A DNA stretch of 64,000 bases from an archaeon (GCA_027343665.1 DAHWKL010000002.1:45386-109385); one strand, 5' to 3'. Positions 39,062 to 46,086 are shown, counted from the first letter of the stretch. Numbers and translations: made by a program. The notes: generated by a model from the letters alone, not told the origin.

Positions 39062-39853
39062 ATGTTAGATAAATTCCTTATAGTAGGCTCAAAATCTGAT
39101 CTGGCAAGCAGAAATATTATCACTAATCTTATAGACATAGGTCAGTTCAATCTTTATATAATAGATGAGGACATGCTCAGGACCGAGAATCTTGACCCTG
39201 AAAAGATAAAACAGTTCGATTTTATCATCTTCGTTTCTAAGCATAAATCTGAAAAACATGAAAAGACGCTCTCGATACATGCTCCTGGAAATTTTAAGGA
39301 AGTCTGGGGTGGAGGAAAAGAAAAAATGCTTGGACCTGCGTCTGCTCTTTTTGAAAAACACCTCTTTGAAATGCTGGTAAAAGAAAAGGAAAATTCAGAT
39401 TTATCAAGATATTCCGTAACGATGGAAGCAACCCATCATGGCCCATTAATTGAAAGACCTTCGGTTTTCATTGAAGTTGGAGGCACAGAAGAAGAATGGA
39501 AAGATAAGGGAGCTTCATTTGTTGTCGCTAAAGCAATAAGAAATGCCCTAAATACATGGAAAGAAAACCCCTACAGGGAGATAGCAGTGGGAATTGGTGG
39601 ACCACATTATTGTCCTGGTTTCAACAAGATACAGCTAACTTCAAATATTGCCCTTTCACATATAATCCCAAAATACGTTGCACCCATAACTGAAGAGATG
39701 ATCCTTGAATCAATAAATAAGACCATAGAAGAAGTCGACTTTGTCATTTTGGACTGGAAAGGCATCGGTAAGGTGGAAGAAAGAGATGAGATAATCAAGA
39801 TATTGGATAAAAATTATATTCAATGGAAAAGGATAAGTGACATAAAAAACTAA
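39062..39853 (+). CDS. dtdA: archaeal-type D-aminoacyl-tRNA deacylase
   Basis: MEATHHGP, FIEVGGTEEEW, GIGGPHY and IIPKY match the DtdA (tRNA_deacylase) family. Confidence 0.8.
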   Translation: MLDKFLIVGSKSDLASRNIITNLIDIGQFNLYIIDEDMLRTENLDPEKIKQFDFIIFVSKHKSEKHEKTLSIHAPGNFKEVWGGGKEKMLGPASALFEKHLFEMLVKEKENSDLSRYSVTMEATHHGPLIERPSVFIEVGGTEEEWKDKGASFVVAKAIRNALNTWKENPYREIAVGIGGPHYCPGFNKIQLTSNIALSHIIPKYVAPITEEMILESINKTIEEVDFVILDWKGIGKVEERDEIIKILDKNYIQWKRISDIKN

Positions 39854-39877
39854 TCTACAAAATTGATTTCGCGATGG

Positions 39878-40360
39878 CTACTTTTTTCTGGAATTTTTCC
39901 TTGAAGAATCCCTGACGGAAGTTGTGTAATCATTATTCATCCCTTTGCCCCACGCGGCAAACCCTATTACAATCATATAAAGAATCCAGCCAACTTGGGG
40001 GAGAACTACTGACAAGCTGAACCATCCGGGGTATTTTTGTTTTTCAAATATTCTCCAAGCAGATATTATGAATAAGACAAAAAGTGCAAGCCATCCAGCA
40101 ATAGGAACCAAAATAAGGAAAATCCATGCCCAATTGAATCCACCCATCTCAAGAATCATTGAGATATTTGCGAAAGGTACCCATGCAAGCCAATAATGTG
40201 GATATTTTTGTTTCTTTCCTATATCTGACCAGGCTATTGCATGATAAACATAAACTGCGGCAACCACCAGGAGAGCTACAAGCAATGCTCCTGCTGTTAT
40301 TATACCGAACATGCTTCCAAACATAAAATCCCTTGTGGGATTTACCCAATCGTACATCAT
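39878..40360 (-). CDS. hypothetical membrane protein
   Basis: Four TM segments with W/Y-rich loops. Confidence 0.5.
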   Translation of the reverse strand: MMYDWVNPTRDFMFGSMFGIITAGALLVALLVVAAVYVYHAIAWSDIGKKQKYPHYWLAWVPFANISMILEMGGFNWAWIFLILVPIAGWLALFVLFIISAWRIFEKQKYPGWFSLSVVLPQVGWILYMIVIGFAAWGKGMNNDYTTSVRDSSRKNSRKK

Positions 40361-40399
40361 TCCATTATGAATAGAAAACGCTTTATTAATGTTTTGAGA

Positions 40400-40771
40400 T
40401 TATCTGTTTCCTATTTGGAAATAATCTTCATTTTCTCCAGAAGGATCTCCCCCGATAACACCAAGAAAGTAACTTTCAAAATGATCCTTGTTCTGAAGAT
40501 TAAAGGAGGACAAAAGATCTCTTTTATTTTTTGAAAGATTATATAATCCGGATCTTGAAAAGAGAGCATACTCTCCTGCATGCCCACTGCAAACCAGATC
40601 TATCTCACTCACCGCAAAAAAATAAAGTGCTTTCTCATAATTCCAAACAGTTCCCATATTGACCCTCTTCTCAAGCTTGCTGAATTCCTCCCCCAAAAGG
40701 TCCTTTATTAGACCTCTTCTTGAACCATGATGAAAAAGCTTTGTGATGTCCATTTTAATTACATCAGACAA
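40400..40771 (-). CDS. hypothetical protein
   Basis: 123-aa ORF, no motif recognised. Confidence 0.45.
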   Translation of the reverse strand: MSDVIKMDITKLFHHGSRRGLIKDLLGEEFSKLEKRVNMGTVWNYEKALYFFAVSEIDLVCSGHAGEYALFSRSGLYNLSKNKRDLLSSFNLQNKDHFESYFLGVIGGDPSGENEDYFQIGNR

Positions 40772-40798
40772 AAAGGAATTTATATCTTTCTATATAAT

Positions 40799-41389
40799 CT
40801 ATATTTCAAAAATTTTTGGGCTCCTTGCAACATTCATTACCTGAGTATTTTTTATTTTTTCCGTAAGACCCCCACCCTCATGTATATGCCCGCATATGAG
40901 AAAGTCAGGAGAAAACTTTTCTATTGCTTTTGCAATCCCATATGAACCTGGAAAACCCATAAGCTCGATTGCACTCCCTTCAGGCGGACAGTGGGTTATC
41001 ATAATTTTCTTTTTCATCCGCCTTATACCTTCGTGGGCACTTTTTAGTTCTTCGAAAACTTTCCTCGAATTTTCTTCAAAACCCCAATCAACAGTCCCAG
41101 ATCCGAAAAATCCGACATCACCGATTTTCATGCCTTTTTTATGTATACTTTTAAGGTTCGGATACATTTCTTCCCAAAGTTTTATTGTCGCTTCAGTTTC
41201 ATGATTGCTTGGAACAATCAAAGCCGGTTTTTTTGTCAAAGGACCGACAAGACCTTCCTTCATCTTCTCAAACCATGTTTGGTCACCTGCAAGTATGACA
41301 AGATCAACCTTTTCTTTTTCTATCATCTTCTCGACTTTTTTCACAAGCCCGAGATCACCATGAATATCTGAGACTGCAAGAATTTTCAT
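40799..41389 (-). CDS. calcineurin-like metallophosphoesterase (YfcE/MJ0936-like)
   Basis: KILAVSDIHGD, ILAGDQ, PSNHE, ICGHIHEG. Confidence 0.8.
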   Translation of the reverse strand: MKILAVSDIHGDLGLVKKVEKMIEKEKVDLVILAGDQTWFEKMKEGLVGPLTKKPALIVPSNHETEATIKLWEEMYPNLKSIHKKGMKIGDVGFFGSGTVDWGFEENSRKVFEELKSAHEGIRRMKKKIMITHCPPEGSAIELMGFPGSYGIAKAIEKFSPDFLICGHIHEGGGLTEKIKNTQVMNVARSPKIFEI

Positions 41390-42225
41390 TTTATTATCCT
41401 CCCGAGTTCCGTGAGCCTTTTCTCAGCTCCGACAGAGGTATTGAAAAGTTTTATAAAAATTTTTGAGAGCCATTCAGTCCATTCCTTATCTTTTATTGTG
41501 TAAAATATGAAAATTTTCTTGTCAAGCTCTTTTATCTTTCCGGTGGGCTCACGTATCTCTTTCAGTCTAACAGAATTATTATCTACAATGAAAGCCCTCA
41601 TAGGATGTTCCCTGTGCCTTATTTCTATTAACTCCTTACCATATTTGTAGTTTAATGAAAGAACTTTTTTTATATTCTCAATCCCAGATAGATCAACCCT
41701 GCAAAGAGCTTTGAATTTGACGCCCTTTTTCACTAAGCCATCAAGAGTCTTGAATAAATCTATATCTCCCTTCTTCAGATTTATCCATGATAGATTTCCG
41801 GAGAAAAGTTTTATTTCTTTTTTAGCAGAATTCAGAATTTCTATAAGTTCCCTCAAATTTGTACCTTCTTCAGAGATTTCATCTTCCACGATAGCTTTTT
41901 TGTTTTTATCGGGAACATGCTGGAATATGTCAAAAGCAGAGAATTCGTCTTTCCTTTTCTGTCTCATTATCTCATTCTCAAGCTCCTCTTGGATCTTTGT
42001 TGAACTTGCCATCTCCGGATTCATCTTGTAAGCGACTTTCAAAGCCCCCCTTGTGCCGCCCCTGAAGGTTTTTGTTGTTATAGTCCCGTATTCCTCTTCT
42101 ATTTCTTTCAGGTATCTGTCAACGGTCCTCCAATTCTTTTGTATATGTTCTGAGATTTCATTTATACTTCTTGGTTCAACAGAAACAAATCTTTCTATCT
42201 CCTGAGTCATCTTATTATCAAGCAT
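41386..42225 (-). CDS. divergent TrmB-like regulator (wHTH + PLD-like C-terminal domain)
   Basis: N-terminal EPRSINEISEHIQKNWRTVDRYLKEIEEE. The C-terminal LNSAKKEIKLFSG...KKGVKFKALCRVD...MRAFIVDNNSV parallels the C-domains of the two TrmB paralogues. ATGA overlap with the phosphoesterase gene. Confidence 0.45.
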   Translation of the reverse strand: MLDNKMTQEIERFVSVEPRSINEISEHIQKNWRTVDRYLKEIEEEYGTITTKTFRGGTRGALKVAYKMNPEMASSTKIQEELENEIMRQKRKDEFSAFDIFQHVPDKNKKAIVEDEISEEGTNLRELIEILNSAKKEIKLFSGNLSWINLKKGDIDLFKTLDGLVKKGVKFKALCRVDLSGIENIKKVLSLNYKYGKELIEIRHREHPMRAFIVDNNSVRLKEIREPTGKIKELDKKIFIFYTIKDKEWTEWLSKIFIKLFNTSVGAEKRLTELGRIIK

Positions 42226-42328
42226 TAAAATGATTGCTATCCCACCTTTTTAAGTATTTTTATTTATTGTTATATAGTTGCATTTTTTGTTCAGAAATTG
42301 TCAAGAATTGCACAAGTCTTAATTTAGT

Positions 42329-43153
42329 ATGGAGACAAAGATAGATTATTCGAAAGTTTCTGAAGCGATTGATTTCTACAAAGGAAAAGGTTTCAAGCAC
42401 ATTGAAGTTCCCTGGATCGTCTCGTATGAAGCTGATAGCATAACCACCCCTAAAGACGTCAGAAGATTCAGATGCTCTCTTGATGAAAAATACACGGGAA
42501 ACCACATCGCCTCAGGAGAACAGGGCTTCCTTGAATTGATTCTCGAAGGCAGGTTGAAAGAAGGAAAATACTGCTGTGCCACACCTTGCTATAGGGATGA
42601 AAAAAATATTGATGACCTGCATAAAACATCTTTCTTCAAAGTAGAACTCATAGATTACCTTGGAAAGCAATCCGGATTCGCTTCTCAGGATAAGGAGGAT
42701 AAGATGATCGAGATAGCGAATGAATTCTTCTCAAAATACCTCAAAACAGATGCCATAAAGACTTCATCCGGAAAAGATATAATCTCAAAGACACAGGGTA
42801 TCGAACTCGGAAGTTATGGCCACAATTCTTACAAAGGATTTCATTGGATATATGGAACAGGGGTCGCCGAACCCAGATTAAGTTCCGTCTTGAGTCTTGC
42901 TCCAAAAGGTTACCATGAAAAAGATATCCCCCTCTCAGAATTTGAAAGTGCAGACAAGATTTACGAAGAGGTTCTGGAATTCAGGGACTCCTTGAATCAG
43001 GGAGTAAAGATAATGAGTCTCCTCGAACTCTCAGATATCATGGGAGCGATAGAAGGATATATAGAAAAAAATTTTCCGGAACTTAGTCTTGATGACTTAT
43101 TGAAAATGAAAGAAGCGACAAGAAAAACTTTCAAAAGTGGGATGAGAAAATGA
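42329..43153 (+). CDS. class IIc aminoacyl-tRNA-synthetase-like catalytic core fused to a MazG/HisE-like NTP pyrophosphohydrolase domain
   Basis: Motif 1 GKGFKHIEVPWIV, motif 2 ATPCYRDEKNIDDLHKTSFFKVEL, motif 3 WIYGTGVAEPRLSSVL. No anticodon/tRNA-binding domain. The C-terminal segment of about 80 aa, KIYEEVLEFRDSL...LLELSDIMGAIEGYIEK, follows the EExxE...ExxD pattern. Confidence 0.6.
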   Translation: METKIDYSKVSEAIDFYKGKGFKHIEVPWIVSYEADSITTPKDVRRFRCSLDEKYTGNHIASGEQGFLELILEGRLKEGKYCCATPCYRDEKNIDDLHKTSFFKVELIDYLGKQSGFASQDKEDKMIEIANEFFSKYLKTDAIKTSSGKDIISKTQGIELGSYGHNSYKGFHWIYGTGVAEPRLSSVLSLAPKGYHEKDIPLSEFESADKIYEEVLEFRDSLNQGVKIMSLLELSDIMGAIEGYIEKNFPELSLDDLLKMKEATRKTFKSGMRK

Positions 43154-43815
43154 AAAGATTGTATCTGGTGCCTGTGAGAGACGCATGCCCTGCGGACTGC
43201 ACTTTCTGTTATATGAAGGAAAGAGAGACAGACAAAGGCAAACCTCAATTCATAGATATATCAAAACTTGAGAAAACGATTTCAGGAATCAAGGACTTTG
43301 ATGAAGTCGAGATAACAGGAGGTGGAGACTCTTTGCTTCATAAGAGCATTAAGGGTATAATCGGCTTATTCCCGAATAAATACATTAAACTTTATACTGA
43401 AGGCTTCATGCTCAAGGATATTTCGGGAATAGACGAACTTAATCTATCAAGAGTCCATTGGAACTCAGAGACAAATAACAATTTTTACAGGAGCCGGTTG
43501 CAGAACAATTTGGATGAAGTCCTTGATTTTTACAGACCAAAAGTTTACAGGATAAGGATGCAAACAATTCTCCTCAAAGGAGCGATTGATTCGCCTGAGA
43601 AGATGAGAGAATTTGTCGGAAGGCATGAAGACAAATTCGACGTCTTCATGTTCAGGGAGTTGTTTCCCGGTTGCTCCCTTGAAAAAGATAAATTCGTGAG
43701 TTACTTTGATTTCTCACATCCAAAAGTCGTGTTCGATAGAACTCTTGACAACTATTCCCGCGACCTTTATTTCATAGGAACAGACTCAGAAGTGCACAAT
43801 GATTTCCAATATTGA
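43150..43815 (+). CDS. small radical-SAM enzyme (221 aa)
   Basis: CPADCTFC (Cx3Cx2C) near the N-terminus and a GGEP-like ITGGGDSLL. ATGA overlap with the upstream gene. Confidence 0.75.
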   Translation: MKRLYLVPVRDACPADCTFCYMKERETDKGKPQFIDISKLEKTISGIKDFDEVEITGGGDSLLHKSIKGIIGLFPNKYIKLYTEGFMLKDISGIDELNLSRVHWNSETNNNFYRSRLQNNLDEVLDFYRPKVYRIRMQTILLKGAIDSPEKMREFVGRHEDKFDVFMFRELFPGCSLEKDKFVSYFDFSHPKVVFDRTLDNYSRDLYFIGTDSEVHNDFQY

Positions 43816-43830
43816 TGACAATTTTTGTCA
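43816..43830. other. hairpin/palindrome TGACAAtttTTGTCA immediately after the radical-SAM stop codon
   Basis: 6-bp arms with a 3-nt T spacer, read directly. Confidence 0.3.
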
Positions 43831-43835
43831 TGTAA

Positions 43836-43867
43836 AAGATATCAAAAATACAAGTCTTTGATATCTT
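43836..43867. promoter_or_regulatory. perfect 11-bp inverted repeat AAGATATCAAA(10 nt)TTTGATATCTT abutting ATG 43868
   Basis: Read directly. Each arm contains a GATATC palindrome. The right arm ends at the base before the start codon. Confidence 0.4.
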
Positions 43868-44098
43868 ATGAAAAGCATTGATGAAGCAACACTATATAGG
43901 ATAAGTATTTCCGGGGCTGTGAAAATAGACCGGATCAGGAGCATATTTGAAACACTTTCAACCAAGAATTATTCAATACAAGATATCGGAAAGGTGACGC
44001 CATCCTCCATATACGTAGCAGGCAGGGAATACCGGTTTGATGAAATTGCAAAAATTCCGGATAAGGAGGTCACAAGTTATGAAAGCAAGCAATCTTGA
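43868..44098 (+). CDS. hypothetical protein (76 aa)
   Basis: ORF overlapping the next ORF by 20 nt. No motif recognised. Confidence 0.45.
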   Translation: MKSIDEATLYRISISGAVKIDRIRSIFETLSTKNYSIQDIGKVTPSSIYVAGREYRFDEIAKIPDKEVTSYESKQS

Positions 44099-44624
44099 GA
44101 AAGAACTTGCAGCAGACCTTAATGCGCTTGCGGAGAAGATAAGAGATTACTCAAGAAATCAGAAAGAACTATGGAGAAAAGTTCCTTACCTGGCCTTGCA
44201 GGCCGACGGACACGGAGGGTATTCTTCAACCTATCAACTCGCTTATATTCACGGATACTGGGAAGCAGGAGAATCTGTATATGTGGATCTTGAAAACGGG
44301 GAGCTTATCCAATATCCTTATGCACCATGGGAAAAACAGGTTGAAGCTTCGAATATAAAGATTGTCAGCTTAATCTCCCCGAATTTTGACAGGCTGAATG
44401 CGACAGCAATCATATCCGATTTAAGAATGACCGGAAAGTGTAAAGATTCTGATTGTGTTCCGATAGGATTCAAAACAGTCAGGAAATGGAGAGAGAGTCT
44501 CATGGAAGAATACGGGATAAAAAAAGATTATTCCAGAAGTGGGGACATTAATTATCTTGGATCGAGAGAGGGTCTAAATAGAGCTTGGGACAAAGCATTC
44601 AAAATTGCGGAGAATGAAAAATGA
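44079..44624 (+). CDS. hypothetical protein (181 aa)
   Basis: ORF 44037..44624. ATG 44079 is preceded by AGGAGGT (44064-44070) with an 8-nt spacer. Confidence 0.55.
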   Translation: MKASNLEKELAADLNALAEKIRDYSRNQKELWRKVPYLALQADGHGGYSSTYQLAYIHGYWEAGESVYVDLENGELIQYPYAPWEKQVEASNIKIVSLISPNFDRLNATAIISDLRMTGKCKDSDCVPIGFKTVRKWRESLMEEYGIKKDYSRSGDINYLGSREGLNRAWDKAFKIAENEK

Positions 44625-44901
44625 AGAACAAAAAAAAGCATTTATAACAATTATAGGTGATGATAGGGGTGGAGCGCTTGTAGAGTGCAGCAACTGCCAC
44701 CATGATCTGCACCAATACACAAAAGAGTATTCTGAAAAATATTCAACCCCACAGATGGTAGGATTATTGGACCGTATTAGATGCGGAAAAGAATTAACAG
44801 ACAAAGTCCAGAATATTCCGCCGATGCAATGCCCCAACTGTGAATCTTATCTTACATACGGCTCCATCACTTCCTACCTGTTTGGGGGAAGTGATTTCTG
44901 A
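44614..44901 (+). CDS. zinc-ribbon protein (95 aa)
   Basis: ORF 44605..44901 starts at TTG. ATG 44614 overlaps the previous stop by 11 nt. Cys pairs CSNC and CPNC. Confidence 0.5.
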   Translation: MKNEEQKKAFITIIGDDRGGALVECSNCHHDLHQYTKEYSEKYSTPQMVGLLDRIRCGKELTDKVQNIPPMQCPNCESYLTYGSITSYLFGGSDF

Positions 44902-44935
44902 TAAATTACCGTCGACAGGACCCAAGGAAAACTAA

Positions 44936-44971
44936 TTTTGTCACTTATTGTTCGACATAGAGGTCACAAAA
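44936..44971. promoter_or_regulatory. imperfect inverted repeat TTTTGTCAC(18 nt)GTCACAAAA upstream of the wHTH gene
   Basis: Read directly, with one central mismatch. It lies just upstream of the TATA-like TTTATAA (44974-44980). Confidence 0.25.
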
Positions 44972-45016
44972 TGTTTATAAGGAAGGGGTTTTCATAAAAT
45001 ATATATTAAACTATAC

Positions 45017-45292
45017 ATGTCCAAGATGGAAGACAACTTTGACATCTTTTTCAGAAGAAAGCCGGCATTGATGCTCGTTTCTTTGAAAAAGAACACACGG
45101 ATGAGGTATGGTAGTGTTTTGGCTAAAGAAGTGGACTGCACTTACAGCCATGCGGTTAAGATACTGCAGACACTTGAACTTCTAAGGCTTGTTGAGTTTG
45201 ACAAGAAAGGTCGAATCAAACTTATAAAGCTGACACCGAAGGGAAAGCAGGTCGCAGACGCTATTGAGAATATACAGATTCTCATAAAGTAA
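45017..45292 (+). CDS. small winged-helix DNA-binding protein (91 aa)
   Basis: MRYGSVLAKEVDCTYSHAVKILQTLELLRLVEFDKKGRIKLIKLTPKG is an HTH plus beta-wing pattern. Confidence 0.6.
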   Translation: MSKMEDNFDIFFRRKPALMLVSLKKNTRMRYGSVLAKEVDCTYSHAVKILQTLELLRLVEFDKKGRIKLIKLTPKGKQVADAIENIQILIK

Positions 45293-45398
45293 AACCGGAT
45301 AGAGGTGATCGCTATCCGAACTCGGAATGAAAAAGAAAGAGATTAAGAGTTAATCCCTATTCTGAAAAGTTTAAATAATAATTTAGATTAATCTTCGC

Positions 45399-45866
45399 AT
45401 GGGTGCAAAAGAGAGGTCTTCAATTAATAAGATTCTCGAGGAGAATAAACTCTTGTTCTTAAGTACAACAAATCCCAATGGAAATCCTGAATCTTGTTCC
45501 GTTTATTACGTATTTGACAAGAATTTTAATATCTATATCTGGACAGACGATGATTCAAGACACGCAAAAAACCTGAAAAGGAATAAGAATGTTTCAGTCG
45601 CGATTGCAAATACTTCACAGAAATGGGGCTCACTTCTGAGAGGACTGCAAATTGAAGGTAAATGCGAAAAAGTGTCTATTCTGAGAATAGCCAAGCCGGG
45701 AATGCTTTACCTTAAGAGATATCCTAAAGTCAAGAGTTTTATTAAGAGTCCATCTGACTTCCTGAAAAAATATGATTCAAAGATGTTCAAGATAACTCCG
45801 TCTTGGATAAAGATTTTTGATGAGAAAGTCTTTGGTAAAGAAGTATGGAAAGAAGTCAGGCTTTAA
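45399..45866 (+). CDS. pyridoxamine 5'-phosphate oxidase-family FMN-binding protein
   Basis: LLFLSTTNPNGNPESCSVYYVFDKNFNIYIWTDDDSRHAKNLKRNKNVSVAI is the split-barrel pattern. Confidence 0.6.
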   Translation: MGAKERSSINKILEENKLLFLSTTNPNGNPESCSVYYVFDKNFNIYIWTDDDSRHAKNLKRNKNVSVAIANTSQKWGSLLRGLQIEGKCEKVSILRIAKPGMLYLKRYPKVKSFIKSPSDFLKKYDSKMFKITPSWIKIFDEKVFGKEVWKEVRL

Positions 45867-45876
45867 ACAGACAAAA

Positions 45877-45951
45877 TGGCCCCGATGGGATTTGAACCCA
45901 CGACACCTGGATTAAGAGTCCAGTGCTCTGGCCAGACTGAGCTACGGAGCC
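45877..45951 (-). tRNA. tRNA-Lys (anticodon CUU), 75 nt, no encoded CCA, no intron
   Basis: Hand fold: GGCTCCG/TA/GCTC-AGTCTGGCCA-GAGC/A/CTGGA-CTCTTAA-TCCAG/GTGTC/GTGGG-TTCAAAT-CCCAT/CGGGGCC/A. Followed by TTTTGT. Confidence 0.9.
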
Positions 45952-45999
45952 ATATGCTGCATTGCCCGGAATGGACTGACGGTTTTTTCTTCCGTTTGA

Positions 46000-46021
46000 C
46001 CAGACTGAGCTACGGAGCCAT
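46000..46021 (-). repeat. exact 22-nt duplicate of the tRNA-Lys 5' end (2 leader nt + tRNA positions 1-20); partner copy at 45932..45953
   Basis: CCAGACTGAGCTACGGAGCCAT occurs at 45932-45953 and 46000-46021. Flanking bases differ on both sides. Confidence 0.9.
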
Positions 46022-46043
46022 TGGAATTTAAAGAAATAAATTG

Positions 46044-46051
46044 TTTAAAAA
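46044..46051 (-). promoter_or_regulatory. TATA-like box (TTTTTAAA) at -32..-25 relative to the duplicated tRNA 5' end (46019)
   Basis: Read on the minus strand. The equivalent -25..-32 window of the intact tRNA (45976-45983, ACCGTCAG) is not TATA-like. Confidence 0.4.
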
Positions 46052-46086
46052 TGTTCTTAGTAATTAATTTAACCTGGAAAAAAAGA

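Noticed and set aside
42308-42315. TTGCACAA 14 nt upstream of the aaRS-like gene, matching the half-site repeated in the 59.9-kb element
   Set aside because: A single 8-mer match is expected by chance in 64 kb of AT-rich DNA. It is kept only as a motif to include in a genome-wide scan.
43868-45292. Elevated G+C as proof of a foreign island
   Set aside because: Based only on hand counts of a few 60-nt lines. Similar or higher values occur in the dehydrogenase, cytochrome b and ileS lines I counted, so composition is not discriminating without a proper sliding-window calculation.
45296-45318. Hairpin CGGATAG(9 nt)CTATCCG 4 nt after the wHTH stop codon, as a terminator
   Set aside because: No following T-tract, whereas archaeal termination usually relies on oligo-T. 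The function is undetermined.
42329-45951. Reading the PylRS-like PCYRDE motif, an adjacent radical-SAM enzyme and a nearby tRNA as a pyrrolysine-type (pylTSB) system
   Set aside because: The tRNA has anticodon CUU and a normal Lys-like cloverleaf, not CUA. No pylC/pylD-like genes are present. The rSAM protein (221 aa) is much shorter than PylB, and the aaRS-like core lacks any tRNA-binding domain.
45932-46021. The duplicated tRNA 5' end as exon 1 of an intron-containing, split or permuted tRNA-Lys
   Set aside because: The downstream copy already forms a complete cloverleaf. I could not build a bulge-helix-bulge motif at any equivalent cut point: the 22-mer lacks the required internal 4-bp complementarity, and the junctions CTGG|TCAA and CTGG|CCAG do not pair. 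The idea remains testable with archaeal tRNA software.
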